The notes under the pieces: generated by a model
Database searches by the model: none
The model's input: only the letters and a program-made list of their open reading frames with translations
Told to the model about the DNA's origin: nothing
Made by a program: the position numbers and the translations under genes
IMG/VR virus record: IMGVR_UViG_2541047826_000010
Reading direction: 5' to 3' (one strand)
DNA from: a virus
Taxonomy: Duplodnaviria; Heunggongvirae; Uroviricota; Caudoviricetes
Length of the DNA stretch: 34,194 nt
In this document: positions 1 to 9,417 of the stretch, in pieces
Layout: every line of letters begins with the position of its first letter
Numbering within the stretch: the first letter of the stretch is position 1

Positions 1-977
<977 letters not shown>

Positions 978-978
978 T

Positions 979-1035
<57 letters not shown>

Positions 1036-1064
1036 CAGAACTCGCGCCAGCCTGATTGCAGATA

Positions 1065-1454
1065 TTACTCTTTTTTCTCCGTATCTGCATCGGGTTCATC
1101 AGCAAATAGCTTGCCCTGCATCCGATCCAGTTCTTCTTTTCTTACCCGCTTAACCACGCTGTAGACCCACTGAAGCGAAACACCAAATTTGCGGGCCAGT
1201 TCGTGGTGGTTGCGTCCGTTAAACTCCCTGAAGATTTCCCGGTCGCGCTGACTGACCTTCCATACCATGCCCATCGGGAAATAAACGTTTTGCCCGCCCC
1301 AGACCTGCATCATTCGGTTCGCGACGGCCTGACCAATCTGGTCGGCAACTTCGGGCTCAATATCAATAATCTCGCGAACGGTCTCAGAGGTATGCTGTGC
1401 CAGTTCCACCAGGAGTTCCGGCCCCTTACTTCGAAACTGATTCAGGTCGCTCAT
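1065..1454 (-). CDS. mor: Mor/C-family transcriptional activator (Mu middle-operon-regulator type)
   Basis: 129 aa; GGQNVYFPMG and REIFREFNGRNHHELARKFGVSLQWVYSVVKR match the Mor/C family signature (Mu Mor: GGQVYIP, NDFNGRN, C-terminal HTH). SD GGGAG 7 nt upstream of the ATG. Confidence 0.85.
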   Translation of the reverse strand: MSDLNQFRSKGPELLVELAQHTSETVREIIDIEPEVADQIGQAVANRMMQVWGGQNVYFPMGMVWKVSQRDREIFREFNGRNHHELARKFGVSLQWVYSVVKRVRKEELDRMQGKLFADEPDADTEKKE

Positions 1455-1875
1455 GTTTGACTCCCGCAGCTCTGCGCTGCCACTTCTTCAGTTTCTCAAT
1501 AACACTGCTTGCCTGTTCAGTACTGAGCCAGCGCAGGGCGCTGATGCCCGTTTCCCGCTTGATCCACCTCGCTAATGCATTTTCTGAACGGTCACGAACA
1601 ATGCCGGCAGCAGCCATTTCAAGCCATAGCGCACGAATTTTCCTGGACTGCGGATGGTTATCCAGCGGTAAACCGGAGCTGGCTTTTCTGGCTGGTTTAA
1701 CGCGAAAGCCTTTCTTTTTCATGGATTCCAGCACGCAGTTTAGTTGTGTGGTATCCATTCCTTTGGTTGAGGCTTTACCGGTCAGCCCCTGTAACATCTG
1801 GCGGTAGGTGTCTTCATCCATACCCAGTTCATTACGGGCAATATGGATAAGCTGTATCAGGCGTTTTTTCTGCAT
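1426..1875 (-). CDS. gemA: GemA-like protein (Mu gp16 family)
   Basis: 149 aa; N-terminal LIQLIHIARNELGMDEDTYRQML pattern typical of GemA/DUF1018; lies immediately upstream of mor as in Mu; overlaps the mor start. Confidence 0.75.
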   Translation of the reverse strand: MQKKRLIQLIHIARNELGMDEDTYRQMLQGLTGKASTKGMDTTQLNCVLESMKKKGFRVKPARKASSGLPLDNHPQSRKIRALWLEMAAAGIVRDRSENALARWIKRETGISALRWLSTEQASSVIEKLKKWQRRAAGVKHERPESVSK

Positions 1876-1876
1876 A

Positions 1877-2083
1877 TCATCTCCTTTTTTTCAGTCTGTC
1901 GGCAACAATGTCGGTTGCAGCTGGCAGGGTGACTGGCCAGAACAACATGACGGCGGTCATGTACAGGATGTAATGCGCGGTGTCGTAGTGCCTGCCATAG
2001 CCCAGGGAACGATGAAGTCTTGCGCTGCATGATCCTGCGTACATATACCAGAAAAGAAAACAGACAATGGTTTCAGTAGTCAT
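1877..2083 (-). CDS. small hydrophobic protein, unknown function
   Basis: Internal ATG at 2083 preceded by GGAGG; 68 aa, two hydrophobic segments; the upstream ORF stop lies a few nt inside it. The ORF-track 120-aa version is an extension. Confidence 0.5.
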   Translation of the reverse strand: MTTETIVCFLFWYMYAGSCSARLHRSLGYGRHYDTAHYILYMTAVMLFWPVTLPAATDIVADRLKKRR

Positions 2084-2303
2084 TCTGAATACCTCCCCAT
2101 TCGATATGAATATTACGGGCAGCAATGACAGGGTCGTTATTCCACCATGCACCTGACATGTATTTTTCAACCTGTTCGCGTCCGGCAATAACACCAATTG
2201 TGATCCCCGGCCTGACGTTCTTAAAAAAGGCGCGGGCAAAAAGGTATCTGGCAGATATTCGGCAGGCTTTTAATTTCCGGCTGTTACCTGATAGCGTAAT
2301 CAT
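2073..2303 (-). CDS. hypothetical protein
   Basis: 76-aa ORF; its ATG overlaps the stop of the upstream gene (TCAT on plus strand = ATGA), i.e. translationally coupled in the early operon. Confidence 0.45.
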   Translation of the reverse strand: MITLSGNSRKLKACRISARYLFARAFFKNVRPGITIGVIAGREQVEKYMSGAWWNNDPVIAARNIHIEWGGIQNDY

Positions 2304-2983
2304 CTGGCCTCCAGTTTCTGTTGTTCCTGCCCACTGACCGGGCGGTGCAGTCTGACGTTCTGCCCTTCACGAAACCCCGCATAGCGCGAGGCGTCGCCAT
2401 TGCGGCTTCTTCCCGGTTTACGCGCCCTGGTGGTTTGCGTTTGCGGGTATTTATGTTCCAGCCACTGTTGCATCAGTTCACGCTCATCATCGGTCAGGGC
2501 AAAGGACTGTATTTCACTGATAACGGCCAGTACCCAGCCTTCAGCAAACTGGTTTCCACGGCTGGTACGGGTGGCGTTTTTTATTCTTTTGTTCTGTGCG
2601 CTGATATACTGCTGACGCGCCTTTTTCAGTTGGCGGACCAGCACTTCCCAGGTGTATGCAGCCAGTGCCGCTCGTTCCCGGTTACCGTAGAACCCCACAG
2701 ACGGATGCGTGCCGGGGTGAATGATGGAGTTAACACCAAATGCCTCGCGGATGATGTTCATCAGGCCCAGCATGTAGCGCGGTGGACGGAGACTGCCTGT
2801 CGGCCAGTAATGACTGATGGTTTCATCAATATCACTCATAGCAATGTCGGAATGTGTGATGCCGTGAACATCCATCAGTTTACGGGCTCGGCGCAGTGCC
2901 AGAGCGGCCTCGTGCGGGTTGCCGGATGCGGCCAGCGCCAGCAACTTTTTCAGTTTCTCAATGTGTTTATTCTGGTCTGTCAT
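2300..2983 (-). CDS. DUF2786-like early protein, unknown function
   Basis: N-terminal KHIEKLKKLLALAASGNPHEAALALRRARKLM motif resembles the DUF2786 signature (from memory); start moved to ATG 2983, which overlaps the upstream stop (ATGA) and has SD GGAGA. Confidence 0.55.
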   Translation of the reverse strand: MTDQNKHIEKLKKLLALAASGNPHEAALALRRARKLMDVHGITHSDIAMSDIDETISHYWPTGSLRPPRYMLGLMNIIREAFGVNSIIHPGTHPSVGFYGNRERAALAAYTWEVLVRQLKKARQQYISAQNKRIKNATRTSRGNQFAEGWVLAVISEIQSFALTDDERELMQQWLEHKYPQTQTTRARKPGRSRNGDASRYAGFREGQNVRLHRPVSGQEQQKLEAR

Positions 2984-3195
2984 TGTTCTGTATCTCCGGT
3001 ATTTTTCTGCCGTTTCCATGCCCGGACAGCGTCGGACAGCTCTTTCAGGCTGTATGCTGCTTTAAGCTTTTCCCATAACCACTGTGTTGTTATGTGCATC
3101 AGCAGGGCAGCCAGGGCTGCCCCCGCACTGAGGCATGTCGCCAGGCCAGTAAGAATCAGTGTCCATGCGGTGATTTCCCTGAGTATGTCAGCCAT
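2980..3195 (-). CDS. small membrane protein
   Basis: 71 aa, one clear TM segment (WTLILTGLATCLSAGAALAALLM); SD GGGAGG 8 nt upstream. Confidence 0.5.
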   Translation of the reverse strand: MADILREITAWTLILTGLATCLSAGAALAALLMHITTQWLWEKLKAAYSLKELSDAVRAWKRQKNTGDTEQ

Positions 3196-3209
3196 TGAAT
3201 GCCTCCCGG

Positions 3210-3506
3210 TTACTCGTTCGTGTAAATCACGCCCAGTCGTGCAGCCAGACGTTCCAGTTTTTTCTGTTTGTGGAAGTCAATCAGCCGGTCCATCCCCTGA
3301 AGGCGCAATTGCTCTGTCATGATTTCCACGTCTGCCAGCTCTGCCGCGAGGTCACTTTCGCTGCCCTGTCCGTTCAGATTGCGGGCAGCACTGGCCGCCA
3401 GTTCAGCGGCCTCTTCTGTCAGTTTCAGGGCCTGTGCGTCCGGCCCGAAACGCTGCAGGGCCAGACGGTAGAGGGCGGTGCGGGTGAGTATGGTGTTCCG
3501 TGTCAT
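3210..3506 (-). CDS. MazG-like nucleotide pyrophosphohydrolase (all-alpha NTP-PPase fold), putative
   Basis: 98 aa with ExxE (EEAAE) followed about 20 residues later by ExxD (ELAD), the metal-binding signature of small MazG/HisE-type NTP pyrophosphatases; SD GAGGG upstream. Confidence 0.45.
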   Translation of the reverse strand: MTRNTILTRTALYRLALQRFGPDAQALKLTEEAAELAASAARNLNGQGSESDLAAELADVEIMTEQLRLQGMDRLIDFHKQKKLERLAARLGVIYTNE

Positions 3507-3515
3507 GCCGCGCCC

Positions 3516-3788
3516 TCAGTGCTTCCGGCTGACGGTGATGTGCAGGCCGCCTTCTGCAGTGGTTTCCATCCGGTACGGCACCTCATGCTCTGCCGTGTGG
3601 GTGAGTGTGTTCACCAGTACCTGCAGGGCAGCCGCCTTTCCGTTGGTCGCCACAATGGCCTGAGCGGCCATACTGATTAGTGCCGTCAGGACGTGCTTCA
3701 CATCGGTGAGGTTGCGGCATTCACACTCGTTGACATAGTGTTCAACAAGGGTTCGGGTGCGCTGTCGTGCTTCCTGTGGGGTAATCAT
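3516..3788 (-). CDS. hypothetical protein
   Basis: 90-aa ORF, ATGA overlap with the upstream zinc-ribbon gene; no recognisable motif. Confidence 0.45.
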   Translation of the reverse strand: MITPQEARQRTRTLVEHYVNECECRNLTDVKHVLTALISMAAQAIVATNGKAAALQVLVNTLTHTAEHEVPYRMETTAEGGLHITVSRKH

Positions 3789-3979
3789 TGCGCGTCCTCC
3801 CTGTCAGGGCGGGAGAATTCCATGACGGGCACGTCCGCCGAAAAATGCTGGCTGCAGTACGGGCAGACCAGGGTGACGCGTACCGCAGGGATGTGGTATT
3901 TACCGGACATCACGGCGATGGCGCTGTGAAAACGCAGGGCTGTTATATCCCTCTCGCACTGAATACATTTAAATATCAT
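3785..3979 (-). CDS. zinc-ribbon protein (CxxC...CxxC), unknown function
   Basis: 64 aa with C5-x2-C8 and C39-x2-C42; SD GAGGAG 8-9 nt upstream of the ATG. Confidence 0.5.
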   Translation of the reverse strand: MIFKCIQCERDITALRFHSAIAVMSGKYHIPAVRVTLVCPYCSQHFSADVPVMEFSRPDREDAQ

Positions 3980-4076
3980 AATTTAATTCTCCTCTGTTTC
4001 CGGCGTGCAGAAGCCCACGGCGCTGACGCTGGAATAAAAAAGAAAATGTTTTTATTAAATAATTAACGTGGTGTGT

Positions 4077-4607
4077 TTACTGCACATCCTGCTCAAAAGG
4101 AATTATTGAAAAATCCTCAATGTCGCTTTTAATGGAAATACCGGGAATATTTTTCACGGCCTCTTTTTCATTCAGGATAGCGTCTTTATTTATTTCCTCT
4201 TTTACACGAATAAAGCGCTCAAGCCCCAGACGTCTCAGTAATTCAATAACATTATCCGCCCCACGGATACTGACTGATGGCGGACGGTTTCGCCACTGCA
4301 CCTCGCCGGTGGTGAGGTTAGCGAACTTCACCTTCCCGTTGCCGGTCAGTTCATCACGGTGTGCCTCACACCATGTCTGAATACCGGACTGCAGTTCGGC
4401 CATGCGTTTTTTCAGGCTCTCGGTGAGCGGGGCATAACGTGCGGTGATATCGCCAATGGCGTCATTCATTTCTGTTTCAGCCCTGACCAGTTCACGTTGT
4501 GCGTCACCGAGCAGTCTGATGCCCTCAATGACCTCTTCGCGTGTCCCCGGTACCCAGAGTGCCGCTGCGGACTTGATACGTTTTGCCCCTTTTGTACTTT
4601 TTGCCAT
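4077..4607 (-). CDS. gam: host-nuclease inhibitor Gam (Mu Gam family, DNA-end binding)
   Basis: 176 aa; MAK...KRIKSAAA..., ...ETEMNDAI..., ...WCEA.RDELT..., ...RPPSVSIRG..., ...ERLGL.RFIR.K.EINK.AIL..., ...GI.IKS.IEDFSIIPFEQ... track Mu Gam along its whole length. Confidence 0.85.
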   Translation of the reverse strand: MAKSTKGAKRIKSAAALWVPGTREEVIEGIRLLGDAQRELVRAETEMNDAIGDITARYAPLTESLKKRMAELQSGIQTWCEAHRDELTGNGKVKFANLTTGEVQWRNRPPSVSIRGADNVIELLRRLGLERFIRVKEEINKDAILNEKEAVKNIPGISIKSDIEDFSIIPFEQDVQ

Positions 4608-4634
4608 ATTTTATGATTTCTCCGGTTGTGCTGA

Positions 4635-4904
4635 TTACCACAAAGATTCCGGCCACACGACGCGACAGCCGTGCAGTTCGAAAACGCCCTGACGGAAATG
4701 ACCCCTGTGGTCATGACCGGTATACAGATAACTGGCTTTCCCCTGTTCAAGCATGTGTATGCAATGCGCACTCCGGGAAACTCGGATGACAGGTTTATGG
4801 CCCCTGATGGTGATGCTCTGTATATCCGTATTCGTCGCCTTAAGTGCCATAATGGCTGACTGCACTTTGTTAATCTGCTGGCTGATAACTGTGGTGGATT
4901 TCAT
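4635..4904 (-). CDS. hypothetical early protein
   Basis: 89-aa ORF starting 2 nt after the ATPase stop (TAATAATG); position corresponds to the kil/semi-essential region of Mu-like phages; no motif recognised. Confidence 0.45.
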   Translation of the reverse strand: MKSTTVISQQINKVQSAIMALKATNTDIQSITIRGHKPVIRVSRSAHCIHMLEQGKASYLYTGHDHRGHFRQGVFELHGCRVVWPESLW

Positions 4905-4906
4905 TA

Positions 4907-6073
4907 TTAAACCCCTTTGACAACGTCAGCATTGACCTGTGGAACCCCGATTTCAGCGGCCAGATTCATGGCGGCTATCACCAGGTTACTGACGGCCAGC
5001 GGATACAGCAGGCTGACCATATTTTTACGATGACTTCCCGGATTGCTCAGGCGGGCACGTATGGCATCCACTGCGCTGGCGTCCATAATGTCCGTCAGTT
5101 GTTTACCGGCCCGTTGCAGTTTGAACGTCAGAAATTCTTCAAGGTTATTGTCCAGAGGCAGAAGTTCGACCACCTCACAGCGCTGAACGACTTCACGGAC
5201 TTCCATATTGCGTTCAGACAGTTTTGTCGCCAGTTCCGGCTGGCCAATCAGCACGATGGACAGCAGTTTTTTGAAACCGGACTCCAGCTCAAAAAAGCGT
5301 TTGAGGTGTTTCAGTGTCGGAATGGGCAGACTGTGGGCCTCCTCAATCACCAGAACGTGGCTGAACCCCGCCTGGCTGCTGTCTTTCAGGACGCGATGCA
5401 ACTGGCGAAAGCGGGCGTCCTGACTGCGTCTGATGCTTTCCAGTGGTGCGATGGTACTGATAATGGCTTCGGCAATCGCTGCTGCCTTCAGGGTTTTCCC
5501 TTTCACATCGTTGTCTTCCATAGCGATGATGTATGGCTCGATAACAATTACCGGCGCATTCTCGCGGTTGATACGTTCAGTCAGGTCGCGGCGCAGCGTG
5601 GATTTACCCGCACCGGACTCACCGATGACGGCCATAAACCCACCATGACGGGCTGTCTGGTACAACGCCTCACGCACGTAGCGAATGTCCGGGGTGGTGA
5701 ACACATCATCAGAACCCTGCATGGCTTCGTCGGCGAACGGGTCACGGAAAAGACCAAACGCTTTTTTGGTTGCTGGAAATAACACCTGTTTTTTGAGTAA
5801 CATATTCTCTTCCTCACTGAGGCTCGTTTTATCTGTGGTACCCGCTGTACGGGGCGTGGCCGCGCCCTGTACAGCATCAAAACTCTTCGTTGTATCAATC
5901 CCCTGACTTTCCAGCCAGGACGCAAGACGCCGGCGCACTTCTCCGGGGCTGGTGCGGGGCCACGCGTTATGATTCACAATCTGGGCCAGCGTGGCCTCAG
6001 AAACATCGACAGCTCTCGCCACCACCGCCTGTGGAATACGGGCCTCTTTCAGTTGCTGCTTCAGTACCAGCAT
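4907..6073 (-). CDS. transposition ATPase (AAA+ family; MuB/TniB-like functional analogue)
   Basis: Walker A GESGAGKST and Walker B HVLVIEEAH; N-terminal HTH-like region; start moved to ATG 6073 (SD GAGGAGGG) 10 nt after the transposase stop. Confidence 0.8.
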   Translation of the reverse strand: MLVLKQQLKEARIPQAVVARAVDVSEATLAQIVNHNAWPRTSPGEVRRRLASWLESQGIDTTKSFDAVQGAATPRTAGTTDKTSLSEEENMLLKKQVLFPATKKAFGLFRDPFADEAMQGSDDVFTTPDIRYVREALYQTARHGGFMAVIGESGAGKSTLRRDLTERINRENAPVIVIEPYIIAMEDNDVKGKTLKAAAIAEAIISTIAPLESIRRSQDARFRQLHRVLKDSSQAGFSHVLVIEEAHSLPIPTLKHLKRFFELESGFKKLLSIVLIGQPELATKLSERNMEVREVVQRCEVVELLPLDNNLEEFLTFKLQRAGKQLTDIMDASAVDAIRARLSNPGSHRKNMVSLLYPLAVSNLVIAAMNLAAEIGVPQVNADVVKGV

Positions 6074-6083
6074 GTTTCCCTCC

Positions 6084-7853
6084 TCAGTTGCCGTTAACAA
6101 TGCTGATAACACTGCTGCTGGCCGGTGTGGTCAGCGTGGCCATGACTTCATCCAGTGCGGCTTCCGGTACGCCGTCCGGGTACTGTGCCGTTAACTGGCG
6201 GTAATGTTCCGGCGTCCAGGTAAGGCCGTCGGCGCTGAACTTATCGCGCAGGGCTTTCGCGGCCTCCACATGAGTCATGGGACGTTGTTCAGTGCGCGGC
6301 CCGCGTACGTCAGAGGCCTGACCACGCTTCGGCATATAGGCCGGAAGTGTGGTGTCGTCGATATGTTTATACGGGTCAAGCCGCCCGCCGAACGGCAGCG
6401 CCTTCGCCTTGCGTGCGGCGGCTGCATCTGCGGCGTTGTCTGTACCGGTAACCAGCGCTTCGGTTTCTTTTGCCGCCATCTGTGCCGGGGTTTCCGGCAG
6501 GGCTTTGTAACTTTCGCCAAATACCGCCGCGCCTTCAGCAAAGCCAAACTCGTTCTTTCTGACCTCTTCGACCAGGAAGAACGTCTCGTGGCCGTCCTCA
6601 CCGGTCAGAACCACCTGTGCCACATCGCTGCGCCATGGGTTACGGGTAATCATCAGTTTTTCACCAACCAGTACGCCCGGTACCGTTGATACGTCAAATT
6701 CAGTGCCCCGGAACGAGACACGAAGTTTTGGCGTGACTTTGCGGAGTTCTGGTGCCGCCACAGCCAGTTCATGACATACCTCAACGGAAGGCGCTTTTTT
6801 CAGCTGCTCAGCAGTAATCTTCAGCCAGATATCCGTGCGGGTTTTACCGTGGCGGCTGTGAACAGCCGTGGCGTTAAAGTGGCTGCGCCATTTCGCGGCC
6901 AGCGCGTTGAGTTCTTCCAGACTGTGAACCGGCCGGAACTTCAGACCCGGCTCCAGCTTGCGTTCGATAATGTCTCGCGCCTTTTCCACCTGTCCGGTGG
7001 CGCGGGCGTTATGCGGCTTGTGCGCTATCAGGTCGATGCCCAGTGAGCGGCACATGTTTTTCGTCATACCCGCGGTGTTTGCCGAGCCGGGGTCGAGATA
7101 GAGTATTTTTGGCACGCCGTGCAGCACGTCTGCGCCGCCACGCTCCTGCATGGCGTTGATAAGCACAGAACACAGGTTCTCACCTGATTCCGCGCCCGTC
7201 ACATACTCAACGTAAATCCAGCCGCTGGCATGGTCGGTAATCTCGTAACTCCACACGCGGTCACTGGCGATACGGGCAAGGTTAGCGGGCTTGTTCTTGT
7301 AGAACTTCGCGCTGTCCATCACCTGCAGCCCTTTATGTCCATTGCTCAGGTAGTAAAGCGTGCAGAGTGAGGCGTCAATCTGCCAGACATGATTGGGGTG
7401 CAGACTGGCCACTTCGGTATGCGGTGCAGGAGCATCCAGTTGTTCCGGGTGCAGGCCATAGTTACGCAGAGCACGGCTGATGGCATCTTCAGACAACGGG
7501 AAAAACTCACCGGTGGTTTCATCTGTTCTGCCTGCGGTGATAAAGCCGTTAGCCCGCAGGGTTTCCACTGCATCTGCGATGGAATAGAGGCGCTTACCGT
7601 TCTTGCGGGTGGCCTCACGCAGTGTGGCAGATATCAGCGCGGCTTCGTCGCGGGTCAGGGCGCTGCGTCCGGCATCAGCGCGTTTTTTGCGTTTATCAGT
7701 CACAGAGACCTCCTTCAGCCTGCGCAGCAGAGTGGCGCGGGACATGCCAAGTTCAGCACAGGCAGCGTCGTATATTGCACCGCGTTTACCATGCCCCGCG
7801 TCACGTGCCGCGCGGGCGACATAAACCAGTCGTTCAGTCAGGGCAGCATTCAT
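6084..7853 (-). CDS. DDE transposase (integrase-core/rve fold), 589 aa
   Basis: Catalytic-core pattern HVWQIDAS ... ILYLDPGSANTA ... downstream E-containing helix; N-terminal HTH; shorter than MuA. SD GGAGG 8 nt upstream; starts 3 nt after the preceding stop. Confidence 0.85.
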   Translation of the reverse strand: MNAALTERLVYVARAARDAGHGKRGAIYDAACAELGMSRATLLRRLKEVSVTDKRKKRADAGRSALTRDEAALISATLREATRKNGKRLYSIADAVETLRANGFITAGRTDETTGEFFPLSEDAISRALRNYGLHPEQLDAPAPHTEVASLHPNHVWQIDASLCTLYYLSNGHKGLQVMDSAKFYKNKPANLARIASDRVWSYEITDHASGWIYVEYVTGAESGENLCSVLINAMQERGGADVLHGVPKILYLDPGSANTAGMTKNMCRSLGIDLIAHKPHNARATGQVEKARDIIERKLEPGLKFRPVHSLEELNALAAKWRSHFNATAVHSRHGKTRTDIWLKITAEQLKKAPSVEVCHELAVAAPELRKVTPKLRVSFRGTEFDVSTVPGVLVGEKLMITRNPWRSDVAQVVLTGEDGHETFFLVEEVRKNEFGFAEGAAVFGESYKALPETPAQMAAKETEALVTGTDNAADAAAARKAKALPFGGRLDPYKHIDDTTLPAYMPKRGQASDVRGPRTEQRPMTHVEAAKALRDKFSADGLTWTPEHYRQLTAQYPDGVPEAALDEVMATLTTPASSSVISIVNGN

Positions 7854-7856
7854 TGG

Positions 7857-8771
7857 TTATGCCTCCAGCCCGTTAATCTGTGGCGTCGGCTCAGTCAGCC
7901 ATGAAGGCGCGGCATTGCCTGTTGGCTCATCCGGCAGGTCAAATGTGGAGCGCAGGCTACGCGCTGTGCTTTCCAGTTGACAGACCAGGCCTGCCATGAA
8001 GTCTCTGGGGGTATCAATCATGTTTTCAGCACAATATGCGCACAGCGTCTCAAAAGCGCTGGACAGTCGAACGGCGATAGCAGATTCCGCCTCAACCGCT
8101 AATGCTGTCACTTCCGCCCGCAGCTTCTTAACCTCTTCATCAGGCTCAGGCGGCTGAATACGGGATTTCTTCTCCAGTCTGGTGGAGAGTGAGTCTATTT
8201 TTTCATTTTTGTCAGCGAGTACGCGCTGTTGTGCTGCGTTGGTTTCGCGCGCTTCGCGCAGGGCCTGACGCAATTCACGTACTGACATGCGATCAACGTC
8301 GTCAAGCGTCAGGCCGGCAACTGTGCCGCCGTCGGCCAATTCATCAAGTTCTTCATTATCCAGAACCATCAGGTCGTACAGTTTGGCTTTCCCCAAAACG
8401 CTCAACGTTGAGCGTTTTGTTGGCTCATCACCTTCTCCCAAAAACTTCATACTGGCTTGCATCATGCGGCGAGCAACTTGTGGTGCAAGTCCGAGTTCAT
8501 TTTCTAAAATGTTTGTAAAATCACCGTGTGGCTCATTTTCTTTTAAGATGATCAGCCGCTTACCCGCTTCCAGCATAGATTCAGCACTCTGCGCCATATA
8601 AAAACGTGCTTCGTGAACAATGCGATCACGTTCATAAGGCAGTCCATCACCAAACTGCTGCATAATTTCCATGCGATGCTGTGTCATAGCGTTCAAATTG
8701 ACATTGATGTTATCTGACAGCGGAACCTCAACATTCAGTTCAGTGTTAACGGGTGATTTGGTGCGTCCCAT
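7857..8771 (-). CDS. conserved-looking early protein with central coiled coil, unknown function
   Basis: 304 aa, strong SD AAGGAG 7 nt upstream; inserted between the regulatory genes and the transposase. Confidence 0.6.
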   Translation of the reverse strand: MGRTKSPVNTELNVEVPLSDNINVNLNAMTQHRMEIMQQFGDGLPYERDRIVHEARFYMAQSAESMLEAGKRLIILKENEPHGDFTNILENELGLAPQVARRMMQASMKFLGEGDEPTKRSTLSVLGKAKLYDLMVLDNEELDELADGGTVAGLTLDDVDRMSVRELRQALREARETNAAQQRVLADKNEKIDSLSTRLEKKSRIQPPEPDEEVKKLRAEVTALAVEAESAIAVRLSSAFETLCAYCAENMIDTPRDFMAGLVCQLESTARSLRSTFDLPDEPTGNAAPSWLTEPTPQINGLEA

Positions 8772-8781
8772 TGATTACTCC

Positions 8782-9090
8782 TTACAAACGACTACCTGAA
8801 ATAACTCGTTGGTTGATTTCGTTAATACGATCCTGTGCACGCGCCATCTCGTGACTGTGAGCCATGGCGATCTGTAGTAACTGGATTCCCGGTGCGAAAC
8901 GTCCGTTCTCTAATTTCATGGCCAGTCCCTCTTCAATAAGGGTATTAAGTGCTCGATTGATATTCGCCGGGGACTCCCCCAGGGCTGATGCCAGTTCACC
9001 GTTAGAAACACCGTTCAGAGCATGACCGCGTAGAGCTTTGAGTACACGTAGGATGCGGGTCCCAGAACTGGAAATATTTACTTTACTCAT
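8782..9090 (-). CDS. winged-HTH DNA-binding protein (IclR/MarR-like N-terminal domain), putative regulator
   Basis: GTRILRVLKAL...GVSNGELASALGESPANINRALNTLIEEGLA is a typical wHTH; start uncertain (ATG 9090 chosen; the ORF track extends to 9153, overlapping ner). Confidence 0.5.
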   Translation of the reverse strand: MSKVNISSSGTRILRVLKALRGHALNGVSNGELASALGESPANINRALNTLIEEGLAMKLENGRFAPGIQLLQIAMAHSHEMARAQDRINEINQRVISGSRL

Positions 9091-9142
9091 GTCACATTTC
9101 CATTTTTGCAATATGTGATAACCTGTTGCATATGTGGAAAAT

Positions 9143-9331
9143 TTATGCCGCATTTGACGTGGGTTTTAATCCCAGTTTTACGGCAATTTCATGGGCTTTG
9201 CCGTAACGAGCTTTGGTCTGTCCATTGAGAACACGATAGACCTCATTGCGGCTGTAGCCGTGTTCTTCGGCCCAGCGGGTAAACGTGATACCACGCTGAC
9301 GGAAGAGATTTTTAACTTGTTCGGAAGTCAT
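9143..9331 (-). CDS. ner: Ner-like DNA-binding protein (HTH), first gene of the early operon
   Basis: 62 aa; RGITFTRWAEEHGYSRNEVYRVLNG...AHEIAVKLGLKP resembles the Ner/Nlp HTH arrangement; SD AAGGAG; divergent from the repressor, as Mu ner is. Confidence 0.65.
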   Translation of the reverse strand: MTSEQVKNLFRQRGITFTRWAEEHGYSRNEVYRVLNGQTKARYGKAHEIAVKLGLKPTSNAA

Positions 9332-9378
9332 TGTTGTCTCCTTTGTTGATGCAATGATGTTTGTTTTATATGTGATAG

Positions 9379-9408
9379 ATTATGAGAACTATTGTTCTCA
9401 TTGTCAAT
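9379..9408 (-). promoter_or_regulatory. early promoter with embedded operator palindrome
   Basis: On the minus strand TTGACA (plus 9403-9408) and CATAAT (plus 9379-9384) separated by 18 bp; the spacer carries the 20-bp near-palindrome ATGAGAAC-TATT-GTTCTCAT (9382-9401). Confidence 0.5.
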
Positions 9409-9417
9409 GAGGTTTAT

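Noticed and set aside
4466-4771. 101-aa minus-strand ORF overlapping the gam 5' region
   Set aside because: Different frame from gam over most of its length, Cys-rich and non-protein-like; gam and the 89-aa upstream gene account for the region.
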